Notes: generated by a model from the letters alone, not told the origin. Positions 36,701-49,551 are shown, counted from the first letter of the stretch. The stretch: 64,000 nt of DNA from Massalongia carnosa (GCA_965645245.1 OZ287078.1:1984001-2048000); one strand, 5' to 3'. Program-made: numbers and translations.

Positions 36701-39671
36701 CAGTTTTTTCCTATCCCGGACGCCACCAATCTTGAAGACATCGCCGATTATCACTATCCAGAGCCAATCCAATTTGCTCCCATCTCAGCTCGGGAAATAA
36801 CTAAAGCCATCACAAAGGCAGGCACCACTCTCGGCCCCAGGTCCCGACGGACTGCCTAAGAGAATCCTCAGAGATGTGTTACCGCCCATCATGCCCACAC
36901 TTGTAGCTCTGTATAACGCCAGCTGGGAACTGGGTCATCACCCCAGTGCTTTCAGAGAATCCACCACGGTGGTTCTCAGAAAACCAGCTAAGGCCGACTA
37001 CAGTTTGCCGAATTCATACAGACCCATAGCCTTGATCAACACTTTAGGTAAGACTACGGAGAAGATCATTGCGACCAGAATCAATCACGCGGTAGAGACC
37101 GAGAGCCTGCTCCCCAGACTCCATATAGGCGGCAGGCGAGCTAGATCACCCGAACATGCCCTCCATCTGCTCCTAGAGGCCATCCACGCAGCCTGGCTTA
37201 ACAACGAAGTGGCCACAGTGCTCATGCTGGACATCTCGGGTGCTTACGATAACGTATCCCACAAAAGACTACTGCACAACCTACGGAAGAGAAGAATAGG
37301 CGGCAACATAGCTAAATGGATCGAAAGCTTCCTTCAGGAAAGGAAAACGACCATCGCCATGCCCGACTACACCTCGCAACCATTCACCACGAACTTTGGA
37401 GTCCCTCAGAGATCCCCTATATCTCCTATTCTTTATCTTTATCTCTTCTACAACGCCGACCTTATGGAAGAGGAAGGGCCCAAAAAGATGAACTTGGGCT
37501 ATGTTGATGACATATCCAAACTAATTATTGGAACTTCAGCAGAACAGAACTGTAGAAATCTCGAAGCCTCGTTCATGACGAAGGAGCAGAAATGGGCGGA
37601 CACACACGCCTCCAAATTTGCCCCCGCCAAATTCCAGCTCTTGCACTTTATCAAAGGACCCTCAGAGACGGATTTGAACCCCCGGGAGGGAGCTATCTCC
37701 CTAGCGGACAAAACCATCATGCCACAGCATACCGCCACCTACCTGGGCGCCACATTCGACGACAAGCTCAAATGGCACGCCCATTTAAGGAAACTGGAAG
37801 CTAAAACCTCAAAGAGACTGGGGGCCCTAGGCAGCCTTGCGGGCTCCACATGGGGCACCAGTCTTGCGAGCCTTCGAAGGATCTATCAAGCCACCATACT
37901 ACCGCAACTCACCTTTGGATGCTCTGCATGGTATGTTCCCGAGGGCGGATACGGGACTATCACGCAAGCAACCGCCGTGCTCAAAGCGTCAGATCTATTC
38001 AGCGACGGGCGGCACTGATCATTTCAGGGGCATTTAGAACAACCTCGGGCCCGGCCTTGGATATGGAGCTTCACCTCCTGGCTGGCCGGCAACGCATGGA
38101 GCAGGCAGTGAACGAGTCACTACTGCGCATACGTTCAAGCCCCTTTTACGCCATAATACGTCAGATCCGCGCCTGGACAAGCCAAGCGGACTCCCACTAT
38201 CGATACTGGAGCCCTCTAGCTAAGCTAGAGTCCCGCTTAATGACTTCGGGGAAATGCCCTCAACCCTGGCGGTTAGAGGTCATTCTTCCATTCATAGTGG
38301 AACCATGGTGGTCTCCCCCCAAACGCACATTGTTTCCAGTAAAGAGGAAGCAATCAAAGAGCATGACAAGATGACATCAGAGCTGAACCAAATAGTCATA
38401 TACACGGATGGGAGTGATAACCCCTTCGGAGTTGGTGCGGCAGCAGTCATCCCCAGCAACAACACACGGGTAGGAACCCGCCTCGGAACGAACAAAGAAG
38501 CCACAGTTTACCTCGCGGAACTAGTGGGCATCGACCTGGGACTGGCGGCGGCTATTGTACGATGGCAAGGGGAGATAATAACGGTTTTTGCAGATAATCA
38601 ATCAGCCATCAAATCAGTAGCCGACCCCGGAACTCAATCAGGTCAGTTCATACTACGCGAGATCATTGGAAAACTCCACGCATGCCGGGAGATGCAGGCC
38701 AGAGTCAGACTCTGCTGGATACCTGGGTACATGGGAGTAGAAGGCAACGAGATAGCAGACCAAGCAGCAAAAGAAGCATCAGGCTGGTTAGAACCTGGCC
38801 AGAGTCCCTCCATCATCCACTTCGACTTCCTCGGACACACAGTGAAGTCGGCGATAAAACGCAACATGAGGACAATGATCAGCAAAGAATGGGCTGGGGA
38901 TTGGGAGGCAGAAAAACGCGGACAGATGACGAAAAAGCTCCTCCCCCAGCCCACTAACAAGGTCTTGCAGCTCTACCAGGGGGTTCACAAGTCAATGAGT
39001 TCCACCCTGGTGCAGATGAGAACAGGTAAGATTGGTCTCCGCAAGTATCTCTCAGATATAGGCCGCACCGAAACGGGCGAATGTCCATGCGGCTTCGGTT
39101 ATCAAACAGTTCACCATGTGCTTCTGGAGTGCGTCAGGCACCATCGACTGCGCATGGAGACTATCTGGATAGGCCGGAAGGTGTTCGATCTCCAAGAACT
39201 TTTTTAGCACCCCCAGACTGGCCAAGGCAGCATCCAAAACCATGCTATCCTCATGTCTCCTCGGCCAATTTGGAGACGTGAGGATAGCAACCGAACAATC
39301 CACGAGTTAACGGCAGGCCGGCTCTTGTTTTATCCCGCTCACAGAATAGTCTCTACCATGGTAGGGCTTGCATGTATCAACACCAAGCACAGGGGCCCAG
39401 GAGGGTGGCGTTGGAGTTTTATTTATCGATTTGTCTCAAGCGGTTTGTCCCTCTGTTCGTGTCTTCTTTTCCCTCTTCCTTGCATTCGCAACCCCTTGTA
39501 CAGCTAAAAGAGTTTTTGTATTTTTTGTACTTTCAGCGCTTAGTGCAGCAATTCTGCCCTCAACAGACTTAGATACCCATCCCCTGGGACACCCCCCGAT
39601 GTAGTTTAGCACTCCCGCATAAGAGCCTTTAGCCCTTAGATCAGTGTATGAATCAATCAATCAATCAATCA
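33776..39671 (+). mobile_element. Near full-length Tad1-like LINE (ORF1 with CCHC knuckles; ORF2 APE-RT-RNaseH-Zn), frameshifted
   Basis: QCFRCGKYGH; ILQYNCNK/AIQEPW; YRPIALINTLGK, YVDD, IYTDGS, WIPG; ORF1/ORF2 overlap ATGA at 35447; (AATC)n tail; 15-bp TSD ACAGCTGAGC(C/T)TGTG. Confidence 0.93.
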
Positions 39672-40445
39672 ACAGCTGAGCTTGTGGGGGTGTTTTCGTA
39701 CATCGCCAGCAGCATTAGCCTGCGGAGTACACTGACTCACCTGCAGGTGATCCACTGGGAAGCATGATTATATACTGGAGTTTGTGAGAGTTATTTAATT
39801 TCTCTTTATCATGTGGGAGTGCTATTTCAGTGCCTGAAGTCGGAGTGTTAGAATGTACAAATCAGGCTACTTCATTTCAGCCTCACTCACCGAGTATGGC
39901 GCACATAATGGCTAGATAGTCTAATACTAGCATACCGTACATTGTCTATAAATCTAGCTACGTATTCCCAATATATAGAACAAAGCAAGCGTTCTATCTT
40001 CTATTGACTATACATTACTATACTGCCTTTTGATACCACTACTGCTAGGAGGTTAGGAGAACAAACAAACAAGAGAAGAACAGGACAATAGAATAATAAC
40101 AATAGCTAGACTAGTCACTGTATGCCTCGTGCCTCGTGCATCGTGTCTCTGTATGTGAATTGCATGTGTTGATGCTGTGTGTTGTTATAGCTATGTGTGC
40201 TGTAGCTAAACTGCAAGCATGCTCTGCTCTGTATCTAAAGGAAAAGAGCTATCTGTCACCTGACTTCCGTGCCACCCATACAACGAATTGATTATCTTCG
40301 CCGTATTTGGCATGAAATTGACCACATGACCACTTTTCTTATATTGACATCCTTTCACACAACGAAACTTTATAAGTATATGGGCTCGGGCAATTAGCAT
40401 CTCTTTAGCGATAGATAAATGAGCCAAGTTGGAAGGCGCTGTACC

Positions 40446-43083
40446 TGTTACGGTCTACCTAGAGGCTAGTCATAGGGACGCCATGAACGAAAAAAATAAA
40501 GATAAAGAGGAAAGAAAGACTCGAAAAGTCGGACTCGTTCCCTATAAAGCAACGCGCTCTCTAGTCCCCATTCAGTGAGTTCGCGAAAGAGTTTTCCGCG
40601 CTATCTCGTGACTCCTGCCGGCCGGCCGACAAGGTCCGTCTACGGTTTCCGTAGGTGCTCGATTAGGCTTAACGTAACTCACTGGGCAACGGGACAAACT
40701 GGGCAACGGGACTAACTAAATTTCGCTTAATTTCTACAGCCTCCCTCTTACCCGTTTTACATACAAATTCGGCTTCAATGTCTATTAGACGTGAAATTGA
40801 TATTTTGTCTGCATGCAACTTAATCACATTTTACGTGGTTGACGTACAATACGACCCCGTCTGGTAGTTTGAACCTTCTTCACCTCCTCCACCACCTCCA
40901 CCTCCACCTCTACCCCCCCACTCACCTTCACCTCCTCCACCCCCTCTACCTCTTCTGTCATTGGTCGAAGCACGGGAGGAGGTAGCAATCGTCTTTGAAA
41001 AGAACAAATAGGCTTACTTTGTGAACTATCAGGTGCTTTCTGAGGACTTTTCTGAGGACTTTTCGTCGAAGATGCAGTAGACGTTTGTCCTACTAAATCA
41101 GGTCCAAATCGACACATTTCCCTAAAAGTTTTGATAAGGTCCTGCTCAGCTCGTTTTAGCTGAGCGGCCTTCTTTTTTTCGTCTTTCACCTTTTGTTTAT
41201 CTTTGGCCCATTGCTGTCTTTGTTGAGTGTCTTCAAGGCTTAGAACTCGAGCCTTTCCTCCATAGTGAGCCCCGCTACGATTGGCTCGATGATGGCGCCG
41301 TACATTGGCCTGAAGAAGCTCGTTGTTGGTGATACGTAGCAAGGTAGAGTCTGCGAAGGCATATTTAGCGCCTTTTATCAATTTATTTAGCGCTCGAACG
41401 GGAGTCGAGTCTGATTCTTCATCATTTCGAATTCGACGAATCAGTTGATTTATTTGATCGATATTTGCAAGTGTCTTTTCAATTTCGTGAGAGTTTTGAA
41501 GGGTTGTCGGAGTGTTAGGATGAGAGGAGGTGATATTCGTGGTGTTGGTGGTGGTGGTGGTAGTGGTAGTGATGATGCTATCAGTCTTTCGCAACACCAA
41601 TTGTTTATTAGTGAGTTTTTGAAGAACTGATGACGGATTGTATGGTACTAATCCGGTTGCTCTCCATGCAGTCAGCACGTTTTTTGTGTTGATTGCTTCT
41701 TTTCATGCTTTTTGAATGATCTTCAGAAAATCCATCTTGTCCACTGAACAGACGTTGAATCGGATGACGACCTCCAATTGTTTTTTGTACTCCCGTGATA
41801 AGGGCCCAAAAACACTCACGTCCAGAGGTTGCAATATATGGGTAGTATGTGGAGGTAGACACAAAAGAATGATTTTCTTTTCGTTGCAAAACTTGATGAA
41901 TTCGGTAGAAATATGGGAAGCATGACCATCTACTATAAGAAGTCGATATTCACCGTGTAGATATTTTGCAGTAGCAGGTTCAAAACACTTTTTCAACCAA
42001 TCAAGACCTAGTTCATTGTCTGTCCATCCGTTTTCGCTGGTAGCTATTTCAGTGTCAATGTCCTCCAGTGCATCGTACCAGGCCTTTTGCTTGTTGACTC
42101 CTTTGAAGATGACGAAAAGAGGTAAACTTCGACCGGTAGTACAAATGGACTCGATCAATGACACCCATTCTCGATTACCTGACTGTGCTGAAAAGGCTTG
42201 CTTTTAGTGCTTAGAAATTACTACTTTAGCACTAGCAGCTACCCCCATCATGAATCCCTTTTCGTCCATGTTGTAGATGTCTTCATCAAGAATTCCGTGC
42301 TTTTCTTTCATGGAGAGGAAAAGGTCAAACCAGTGCTGAAATATCTCTTCATTCTCAGCGAATAATCGTTCTTGATCTAGTGTGCGACTGTATTTAGCCT
42401 GCAGATCGGGATGACGATGTAAAAAATACTGTTGCCAATTGACTCCTAGCACAGTATGATTCTCCCTTGCTCGTAGTAATTCTATGGCTATCTGACGTAG
42501 CTGAGCTATTTTAGCAGGCCAGCCCCAGGCGTACAGTTGTAAAACCCAGTTCTTCAAAGCGTCTTCCTCCTCGGGGGTCAGCAGAAGTTTAGTTTGATCA
42601 GACGTAAATCGTGATTGACGACCCTGATTGCGGGCATGAAGGGTAGACTTTAAAACATCATATAGAAAAGCTGCCTTCGTAATGGAAAGAGCTCCATCGG
42701 CCTGTTTCCAGGCCAAAAAGGCTGACTGTAATCGTTGTTGATAGGTAGAGGTGGGGTGAAAACATGAAGGAATGGAGGTCTTGTGGGAGGTGGTTTTTTT
42801 ACCTACACCCATGATTATAAAGTTTCAAAATGATGAATATAATCTACTGTGATGTCTGAAGCTGAATTTGTATGTAAAATGTATGTAATGAAGGCTTCAT
42901 CATCTAGAGTGGTCAAAAAGTGATGATTTCGGAATTACTTAGTCCCGTTGCCCAGTTTGTCCTGTTGCCCAGTTTGTCCCGTTGCCCAGTTTGTCCCGTT
43001 GCCCAGTTTGTCCCGTTGCCCAGTTTGTCCCGTTGCCCAGTGAGTTACGTTAGTTCCTAAAGGCAAAAGGTAGAATCATGACA
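40446..43083. mobile_element. Solo LTR (~257 bp) split by a Fot1-like element
   Basis: TGTTAC...ATGACA termini with TSD GTACC (40441-45, 43084-88). Confidence 0.75.
40672..43050 (-). mobile_element. Full-length Fot1/pogo-like DNA transposon; transposase (42812-40824) has two in-frame stops
   Basis: TA|ACGTAACTCACTGGGCAACGGG TIRs at both ends; 17-bp internal repeats; IYNMDEKGF, LLIVDGHASH and LQPLDV motifs. Confidence 0.95.
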
Positions 43084-43091
43084 GTACCTAG

Positions 43092-43981
43092 TGTTGGAAT
43101 ACTCGCTTAGCCCCATTAGATCTAGCTCAGCCCTGCAGGCTGCCATGACTGCTATAAGCAGTCACCTCCGTAGTAATTTCAACATTATGCCGTCAACTGT
43201 TTATTTAACAGGTTATGAGTCCCGGGTTTGTGCTTTGCGCCCCTCCGACGGCATCCTTCATGCATAGACTACGTACTATCATGTCGTATCAAGAAGATGA
43301 TGAGGTGAAAGTTCAGACGTGGAAAGCGCGAAAACGAAGCGGAAACGACATCGAAAGGGATGAGAAACGAAGCGGAAACGAAGCGGAAACGTCATCGAAA
43401 GTGGTGTACGTACGAAACGTGCTGAGGAGGACATCTACAATGGGCGGTGCCTCGAAGACTTCACATCTTGCATTACTGGTCAGATCAGCAAGGGGAGATA
43501 AAAGCCCTGCGATCAGGCCACCAACGTCAATGGTCTGCGGGAAAATGTCTAACAGAGACATCGAGAAAAGCCCTGCTCAGGCCATCAACAAAACACGTCC
43601 ATAGTACTCTTCCCATCCACCCATACACTCACAAAAGCTACGTTTCGAGAGATGGTTATGGGTTTAATGAGGCTACAAAGCAGGACAACAAAAGACATAA
43701 GAAAGAACTACGTGCTTAGGGAAAATGGAGTCAGAGGGAGCTAGATTCGTTCCGCAAGGGGAGCGAATCGGACACAGCTGGATGAATCACTTGCAAGGGG
43801 AGTGATAAAAGCTGGATAGTTTCAATTTTGGAGGCGAAAGGGGAGCCACGCTCGAAGGGGAGTGTTGGAATACTCGCTTAGCCCCATTAGATCTAGCTCA
43901 GCCCTGCAGGCTGCCATGACTGCTATAAGCAGTCACCTCCGTAGTAATTTCAACATTATGCCGTCAACTGTTTATTTAACA
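43092..43981 (+). mobile_element. TRIM / non-autonomous mini LTR element (890 bp)
   Basis: Identical 119-bp TG..CA LTRs (43092-43210, 43863-43981); TSD CCTAG; GGTTATGAGTCCC PBS-like site; GAAGGGGAG polypurine tract; no recognisable pol. Confidence 0.93.
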
Positions 43982-45343
43982 CCTAGGTCCATGTCATTTT
44001 CAAAATTCGTTCAACCCATCGATTGTTTCTTCGCCTCTACCGAAGTCAATCTCATTACATACATCGCAAGCGCGTCATTTCAACTTGTCGAGCTTGCTGT
44101 GGAACTTCTCAATATATTTTCAATGCTGACTACAACGGCCGCATTATCGAGAAATTGAGTTTTGACAACTGCGTCTTCCACAGTAGAGGGCTCTTTAATG
44201 CGAGTATGACGGTTAAAAATGGCTCTTCATTGTTAAAGGAAGCTATTTGGTTCTTCATTGTGACAATTTTGCTGTTGCAATAGGAGTAAAAACAACATCT
44301 ATTCGAGGTAGTGCTATACATGCCCTTTGGGCAATTGCCATGTTGGCCGCTTTGAATGACATTAAGATTAAACCTTGATGAATCAGCACCAGAGACAATG
44401 CTGCTATAGACATGTTGTCTCGAGGAAAAATACCAAAGATCGCTGACAGGTATTCTAATTTCCAGACATTAGCAACACCTTTGTTCATGATCCTCCTCCA
44501 ATCTTTTGTACTCAAACTTCTTTTGACAAGGAGTCAATCAATCTGATTTGATTGGATTTAGCAACCAAGACTTGAGATTTTAATTCCTCAGCTAAAAGAA
44601 GCTACGAGATTCATTGTCAAGTCAACAAGATCTTTTCCTATTTTCCTGTTATCTTGCAAAGAATAGCTTTATAAATCACCGAGCTAGTCAAACGGAAAAT
44701 TGCCTTTAAAACCCTCAAGGATTACCTTGCCTGGCTTAGATCTATGTTAATTGATTTTGGTGTGGAAGATCTGGCAATCTTTTATCATTCTTCACTTCAG
44801 AGACTGATCACGGGCATCAGAAGAAGACGAGGGGAAGAAGACAATCGCGAGCGTCTTCCTATCACAAAGGATTTTCTTTTACAACTAGTGTCAAAGCTTG
44901 ATTAAACAGTCGAATCACAAGCAGTGATACGCGCCGCTTACTGTTTAACTTTTGCAACTTTTCTCCGAGCAGGAAAGTTCACCTGCTTGAATAAATATTT
45001 TCAGAATCCTGAATTTGCGTCATGACAATTAATAGGGGTTTTCAGAGTAGAAATTTTCGAGTCTATAAACCATTATTCCCGTTTTCCCGTAAATATTATT
45101 AAGCAGACTAAACCTATATAGGTTTAACTCTACCCCTTTTTTTATAAATACGGGAACACGGGAATAATGGTTTATCGGTCAAAATCGACCGATAAACTAT
45201 TATCTCATAAACCCGTATCTCATAAATCCTTCAATTCACTAACCTCATTCATCAGAATTATAAGGTAAATGATCAACGGCATCAACGAATCGTACAATTA
45301 AGGTAAGAATACTACTACCTCGTCTTCTTTCATAGCTGACCAC

Positions 45344-45399
45344 TGTTCTTGTCAGGGTGTTCTTGTCAGGGTGTTCTTGTCAGGGTGTTCTTGTCAGGG
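45344..45399 (+). repeat. 14-bp tandem repeat x4
   Basis: TGTTCTTGTCAGGG x4 upstream of the Myb/SANT-like ORF. Confidence 0.9.
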
Positions 45400-45456
45400 C
45401 TCAAAATCTAGTTAATAGAAATTCTCAGAATCAGCCCCAACAGTTCTAAAATAAAG

Positions 45457-46425
45457 ATGACGTCCACACCCCCTCCTACTCGTATCGTTCGAACTCGCCA
45501 GGCTCCCAACATCAGATGGAAAGATGAAGACATTCAGCAGATTGTTCAATGGCTTTGCTTTCGAGATGGCGATGGAGTCCTTACTCATCTAAACACCTAT
45601 CAAAAGAGTAATAAAGTGGAGGCATCCAGACGTTTGTTGGAAGAAAGTGGATTGGGACTGCAACGACCGGACATCTCAAAGGAAAAGACGCGGGACAAAA
45701 TCGGTCAGATGATAAAGACTTTCAAAGAGACGCGGAGTCTGGCCGATACAACTGGATGGGGAGTGGATCCTACCAATCATGATGTTGTCGCCGAAAACAC
45801 TCGCGGGGAGACAATCAAGGAGGTTATCTTGAAGAAATGCGCATGGTACTATGAATTTGAAGAGATCATGGGGGATCTACCTACTATTACCCCTCCATTT
45901 CTCATAGAGTCCACTCAGCCTGATGTTACTACAGAATTGATGACAGGCGGAAAAGAACTGAACGATGATTCAGAAGATGATAACTTCGAGATTGATCTTA
46001 AGGATAAGACTACAGATGAAGATAATCAATCCGAAACGGATTTGTTGAAAGAAGGTCCGATGAAGAAGAAGACGGTTAAACATTTAAAACCTTCTACCCT
46101 TAACAAGAAGATGGGATCATCCACTAAACGTCCCTGGAATGTGGACAGCGGCAGCGAGACGTCTCGTCCCAAGCTAAGTAAGCAAAGATCTAAAAACAAG
46201 TCCGTGGGTGATGCAATGATTGAGGTTCAACTCATGAAATCTAAAGATTTCCAGATTGATCAGGCTAGACTGCAAAGGAAAAATGATCTAGAAATCAAGC
46301 AACGAGATCAGCATCATCAGGAGATTATTTTGAAGCATGAAGAATCCATTATCATGGCTAAAATGCAACATGAGGAGACCATGCGACGACTACAAATCGA
46401 GCTGGAGAAGACGTCCCAGAGATAA
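45457..46425 (+). CDS. Myb/SANT-like DNA-binding partner protein of the PIF/Harbinger element
   Basis: IRWKDEDIQQIVQWL...KCAWYYEFEEIMG, acidic linker, C-terminal coiled coil; lies inside the TIRs. Confidence 0.8.
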   Translation: MTSTPPPTRIVRTRQAPNIRWKDEDIQQIVQWLCFRDGDGVLTHLNTYQKSNKVEASRRLLEESGLGLQRPDISKEKTRDKIGQMIKTFKETRSLADTTGWGVDPTNHDVVAENTRGETIKEVILKKCAWYYEFEEIMGDLPTITPPFLIESTQPDVTTELMTGGKELNDDSEDDNFEIDLKDKTTDEDNQSETDLLKEGPMKKKTVKHLKPSTLNKKMGSSTKRPWNVDSGSETSRPKLSKQRSKNKSVGDAMIEVQLMKSKDFQIDQARLQRKNDLEIKQRDQHHQEIILKHEESIIMAKMQHEETMRRLQIELEKTSQR

Positions 46426-46474
46426 GATTTTATTTCATTGATGTCTCAAAGATGAGATGCATCTTGCTTAATAG

Positions 46475-47731
46475 TCATCTGCCAATATCATTGAGAACTA
46501 GATCTTTTACCTGTTCCCTTTTCAAAATGCCCTCCATCATTTGCCTTGTAGCCAAATGTTTTAATTCTTCATCATGAGCCTCCTCTTCTGATGTCCACAA
46601 TCCTTCTTCTTCTTCCCATTCATCATGCATGTCCAACAAAACGTTATGCAGTACTACACATGCAGTAATCCAACGAATGGCGTAGATGTAACCTTTTTTG
46701 TTTCTAATTCGAAGTCTCAGCCCGGTTAAACTTTTCCATCTTCCTTTCAAAATTCCAAAGGTGTGCTCGATGTCAATACGAATTCGAGATAGTCTTCTAT
46801 TGAACTTTCGAACATTCGCGTCTCTGGTATTAGGGGCCTTGTATGGAGTCACCAAATAGCGAGAATTGGTGTAGGCACTGTCGCCGAGAAGATACTGCCC
46901 TTCCGAGAAGTAAAGATGAGGATTTCTATTCAAATCTCCCGCCGCGAAGATTCTCTGATCGTGCTGAGAGTTTGGCCAACCACTGAGGAAGTAAATGAAT
47001 CTTTTGTCGGAATCGCATACGGCACATAAATCCAGGGCGTATCTTTTCTTTCGATTAAAGAATAATTCGCCGTCATAAAGACCTCCAGGTTTGGTACTGA
47101 GCACTATATCCGTCCCATCCACCTTTCCTACTACTCCGATAAATCCTGATTCTCGAGTATCATTGGCTAAGCTTTCTCTTGTCCTAGCTCTTGCAGTTGG
47201 CCATTTGATGAAGCTATTCCTCAACCGACATAAGGCCTCCACCACTCGCTTGGTACAATCGAAAACGTGTCTCTCGGATACTCCCCAAAAGGTGGCAGTT
47301 GAAAGAAACCCGCTTCCGCTACCATCATGATCAAGCTTGTATAAGGCACATTGAAGTTGACTTTCGACCGGTGCCTGTTGAATATTGGAATTGTTTTGGA
47401 AAACCGAATCGGATCGAATTAAATCAACTATTCGTTGAACGGAGATACGACTCATTCGTAAATAGCCTCGATATCGATCATCTGAAAGAGTGGGAAGGAC
47501 TCGAACGGCCCAATTGGACTTGAGAATGGAAGATCTGGAAAAAAGATATCTCTGATCCTTTAATCCTTCAGAAAGAATGAGGTATTCCAAAGCGTCATCG
47601 GCCTCATTGGAAGAGGTGGCAAGAGTACTACTGGCTAAGAAAAGGTGGTACATATCTCTTTGTAAAAGAAGCTTGTTGCTGTATCGAGGCATTTCAGAAG
47701 CTTGATAAGATGATGCTTTAGAGAATTTCAT
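46475..47731 (-). CDS. PIF/Harbinger DDE transposase (DDE_Tnp_4/HARBI1-like)
   Basis: YLRMSR, VGKVDGTDI, GWPNSQHD, YLLGDSAY, RIDIEHTFGILKGRW, ACVVLHN. Confidence 0.93.
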   Translation of the reverse strand: MKFSKASSYQASEMPRYSNKLLLQRDMYHLFLASSTLATSSNEADDALEYLILSEGLKDQRYLFSRSSILKSNWAVRVLPTLSDDRYRGYLRMSRISVQRIVDLIRSDSVFQNNSNIQQAPVESQLQCALYKLDHDGSGSGFLSTATFWGVSERHVFDCTKRVVEALCRLRNSFIKWPTARARTRESLANDTRESGFIGVVGKVDGTDIVLSTKPGGLYDGELFFNRKKRYALDLCAVCDSDKRFIYFLSGWPNSQHDQRIFAAGDLNRNPHLYFSEGQYLLGDSAYTNSRYLVTPYKAPNTRDANVRKFNRRLSRIRIDIEHTFGILKGRWKSLTGLRLRIRNKKGYIYAIRWITACVVLHNVLLDMHDEWEEEEGLWTSEEEAHDEELKHLATRQMMEGILKREQVKDLVLNDIGR

Positions 47732-48659
47732 GATGATTGATTTTTGATGATGATCAGATAAGGCGATAAGCAGTTTATTAATCTTTTTGAAATTTAAGGT
47801 GATACGGGGACTCAGAGCAAAATGGCAAATACGGGAATAATGGTTTATAGAATAAGAAATAATGCTTTATTTATAAAAGTCGAAATTCTACTCTGAAAAC
47901 CCCTAATAAGACAAGCAGCAGGAATTCAGTTTAATAAGCTCTTGCTTCGAAACTGATCGAGTCAGAAAAGGCGTAATGCTTACGGTGGAACTGGCGTAAT
48001 TTCCTCTCTCCGAAACTTGTTCATCCAATTTCCACGACCTTCTTCTAGCCTCTTATTTTATTCAAAATGCGGCTCTCTTATAAAAGAGTATGTCATCATC
48101 CGGCTCCAATCAGATATTAATTAGCTAGACATAAACTGCATACCAGCTTTACATTCAGTCTAGTTTAGATTAAGTTCTCAACACATCTATACGTTTTCAG
48201 CGCCCTTTATCCTCGCCCGGTTGAGCCTTAGTCGAAGCAGCATCAGTCAGGCTAGCATCGATCGGAACGGCACTGCTAGTAGGCCATTCAGTTTTGGGAT
48301 TTGGGAGTTTCTCTGTCACTCGCACTAGGGGCTAGCATTTCAGCGAGCAAGCTGGGGCCCTCTGAGCCGAGCGTTCCTGATCCCCTAGGGCGCCAGCGTG
48401 GTGCAAATAGGAGGGAGCAGCCAAACTCTAGATAGACAAGAAATCGAGGGTTTTAACGGGTTAGACGATAATTATCAAATTTGAATCTTTCGTTTATCAG
48501 CGGGTGTGTGGATTTTTTTGTTCACCGCGTATCACTATATCACTAGATCTGTAGTTAGCTCGTCACATCGGTGCTATGTTTCTACCCTATTGCACAAGCG
48601 GCAAGTAACATTTGCATCTCTTTATCATGACCTTTCGCTGATGCCGTCTACAATGTATA

Positions 48660-48840
48660 GTCACAGCCTTCACTTTGTGCGTTGAGATTAGCCTCTTTGT
48701 CGAGCGGTATCTGCATCACTCGATCATGATCATTAAATGATGCCGTCTGTAGTTGCATCGTCAATGGCTCCACCTCGAGCGTTCTCATCGGCTCTTTTCT
48801 TCAGCAGCAGCTGCAATGCTTGATCATGATCTTCTTTTGA
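48660..48840 (-). pseudogene. Degenerate ankyrin-repeat fragment
   Basis: DHDQALQLLLKKRADENARGG ... LQTASFNDHDRVMQIPLDKEANLNAQS resembles fungal NLR ankyrin repeats with G>D/E/R changes. Confidence 0.55.
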
Positions 48841-49551
48841 TGTCGCTCGCACTTCATCTCTGTGAATCGCAAGTCAATTATCACTTAGATCAGTGAAGGT
48901 TTTTCTGTCAACCTCAGTCCTTGCTTAAAGGCTTTGAAATGTCGAAACAAAATCTCAATAATGTCAACGTACTGACCTGACATAATGAAAATGATAGGAA
49001 TAGATGTCAGGACTTGATGTATTGTAATTGCTCGTCTCATCTTCAGCTATGTCATTGCTCAATCGCTTTACGATTTTAGCGTACTTTATCAAAGGCTTGA
49101 CAGGCGTAAGCACTGATTGTACGTCTTTGAAAATCTCCATCATTGCATCTACGTAGCTCAATGAAGTAAGATGCTTATTCATTCAATAATGATTTAAGAT
49201 CTTGTCAGACTTTTGTTCTGAAGTGCTTACGGAAGCAAGGGCAGGATTCAGAGATCGGACATAAGTTGGATAAGCATTCTCTGCTAAGAGGCCCCCTCTA
49301 GCTGCGGCATGTTTGAAGCCTGGAACTCTTGTCATGCGAGCTCTTCACGTCTCACAAGGAGTCAACTTTCACCCGAAGCTGATGACTGCGCAAAAAAACA
49401 TTGTTTTGAAAGACGTCAAAAAGCCAACTGCTTATTTCATGTCGCTTAATAATTTCCTAGAATGACTCCGCAATGTTGACTAGTAGTTCCATCATTGCCT
49501 ATCCCTCGGTCTACACAGAGTCTTTTGGGTTAATGCCATGATAAGTATTCT

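Larger units (their letters stand above)
25395..40035 (+). mobile_element. Decayed 5'-truncated copy of the copia element, with nested YR element and LINE in its 3' UTR
   Basis: Near-identical to the intact copy from mid-gag to the stop at 28975, with stops and frameshifts; 3' UTR pieces at 33695-33775 and 39672-39845; 3' LTR 39846-40035. Confidence 0.93.
40250..44200 (-). pseudogene. Helitron Rep/helicase N-terminal (DUF6570-like) relic interrupted by nested elements
   Basis: After removing inserts it reads ...RACDVCNE...FENDMDLG|TAPSNLAHLSIAKEMLIARAH...CQYKKSGHVVNF; boundaries approximate. Confidence 0.65.
45034..47904. mobile_element. Apparently intact PIF/Harbinger-type (PHIS) DNA transposon
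   Basis: TIRs AGGGGTTTTCAGAGTAGAA; 3-bp TSD AAT; two convergent intact ORFs; subterminal ATAAACCATTATTCCCG motifs. Confidence 0.93.
44210..48470 (+). mobile_element. Highly degenerate YR retrotransposon relic, family C (RNaseH end, YR, 3' element), split by PIF/Harbinger
   Basis: LHCDNFAVAIGVKTTSIRG...DMLSRG..KIAD; DPPP; RERLPITK; FLRAGKFT; 3' TTGGGAGT...GCCAAAC element at ~48300-48427; ends approximate. Confidence 0.75.

Noticed and set aside
18781..40035. LTR fragment at 18781 as the 5' LTR of the decayed copia
   Set aside because: Same LTR variant and orientation, but flanks ATGGA and CCACT do not form a TSD; unproven
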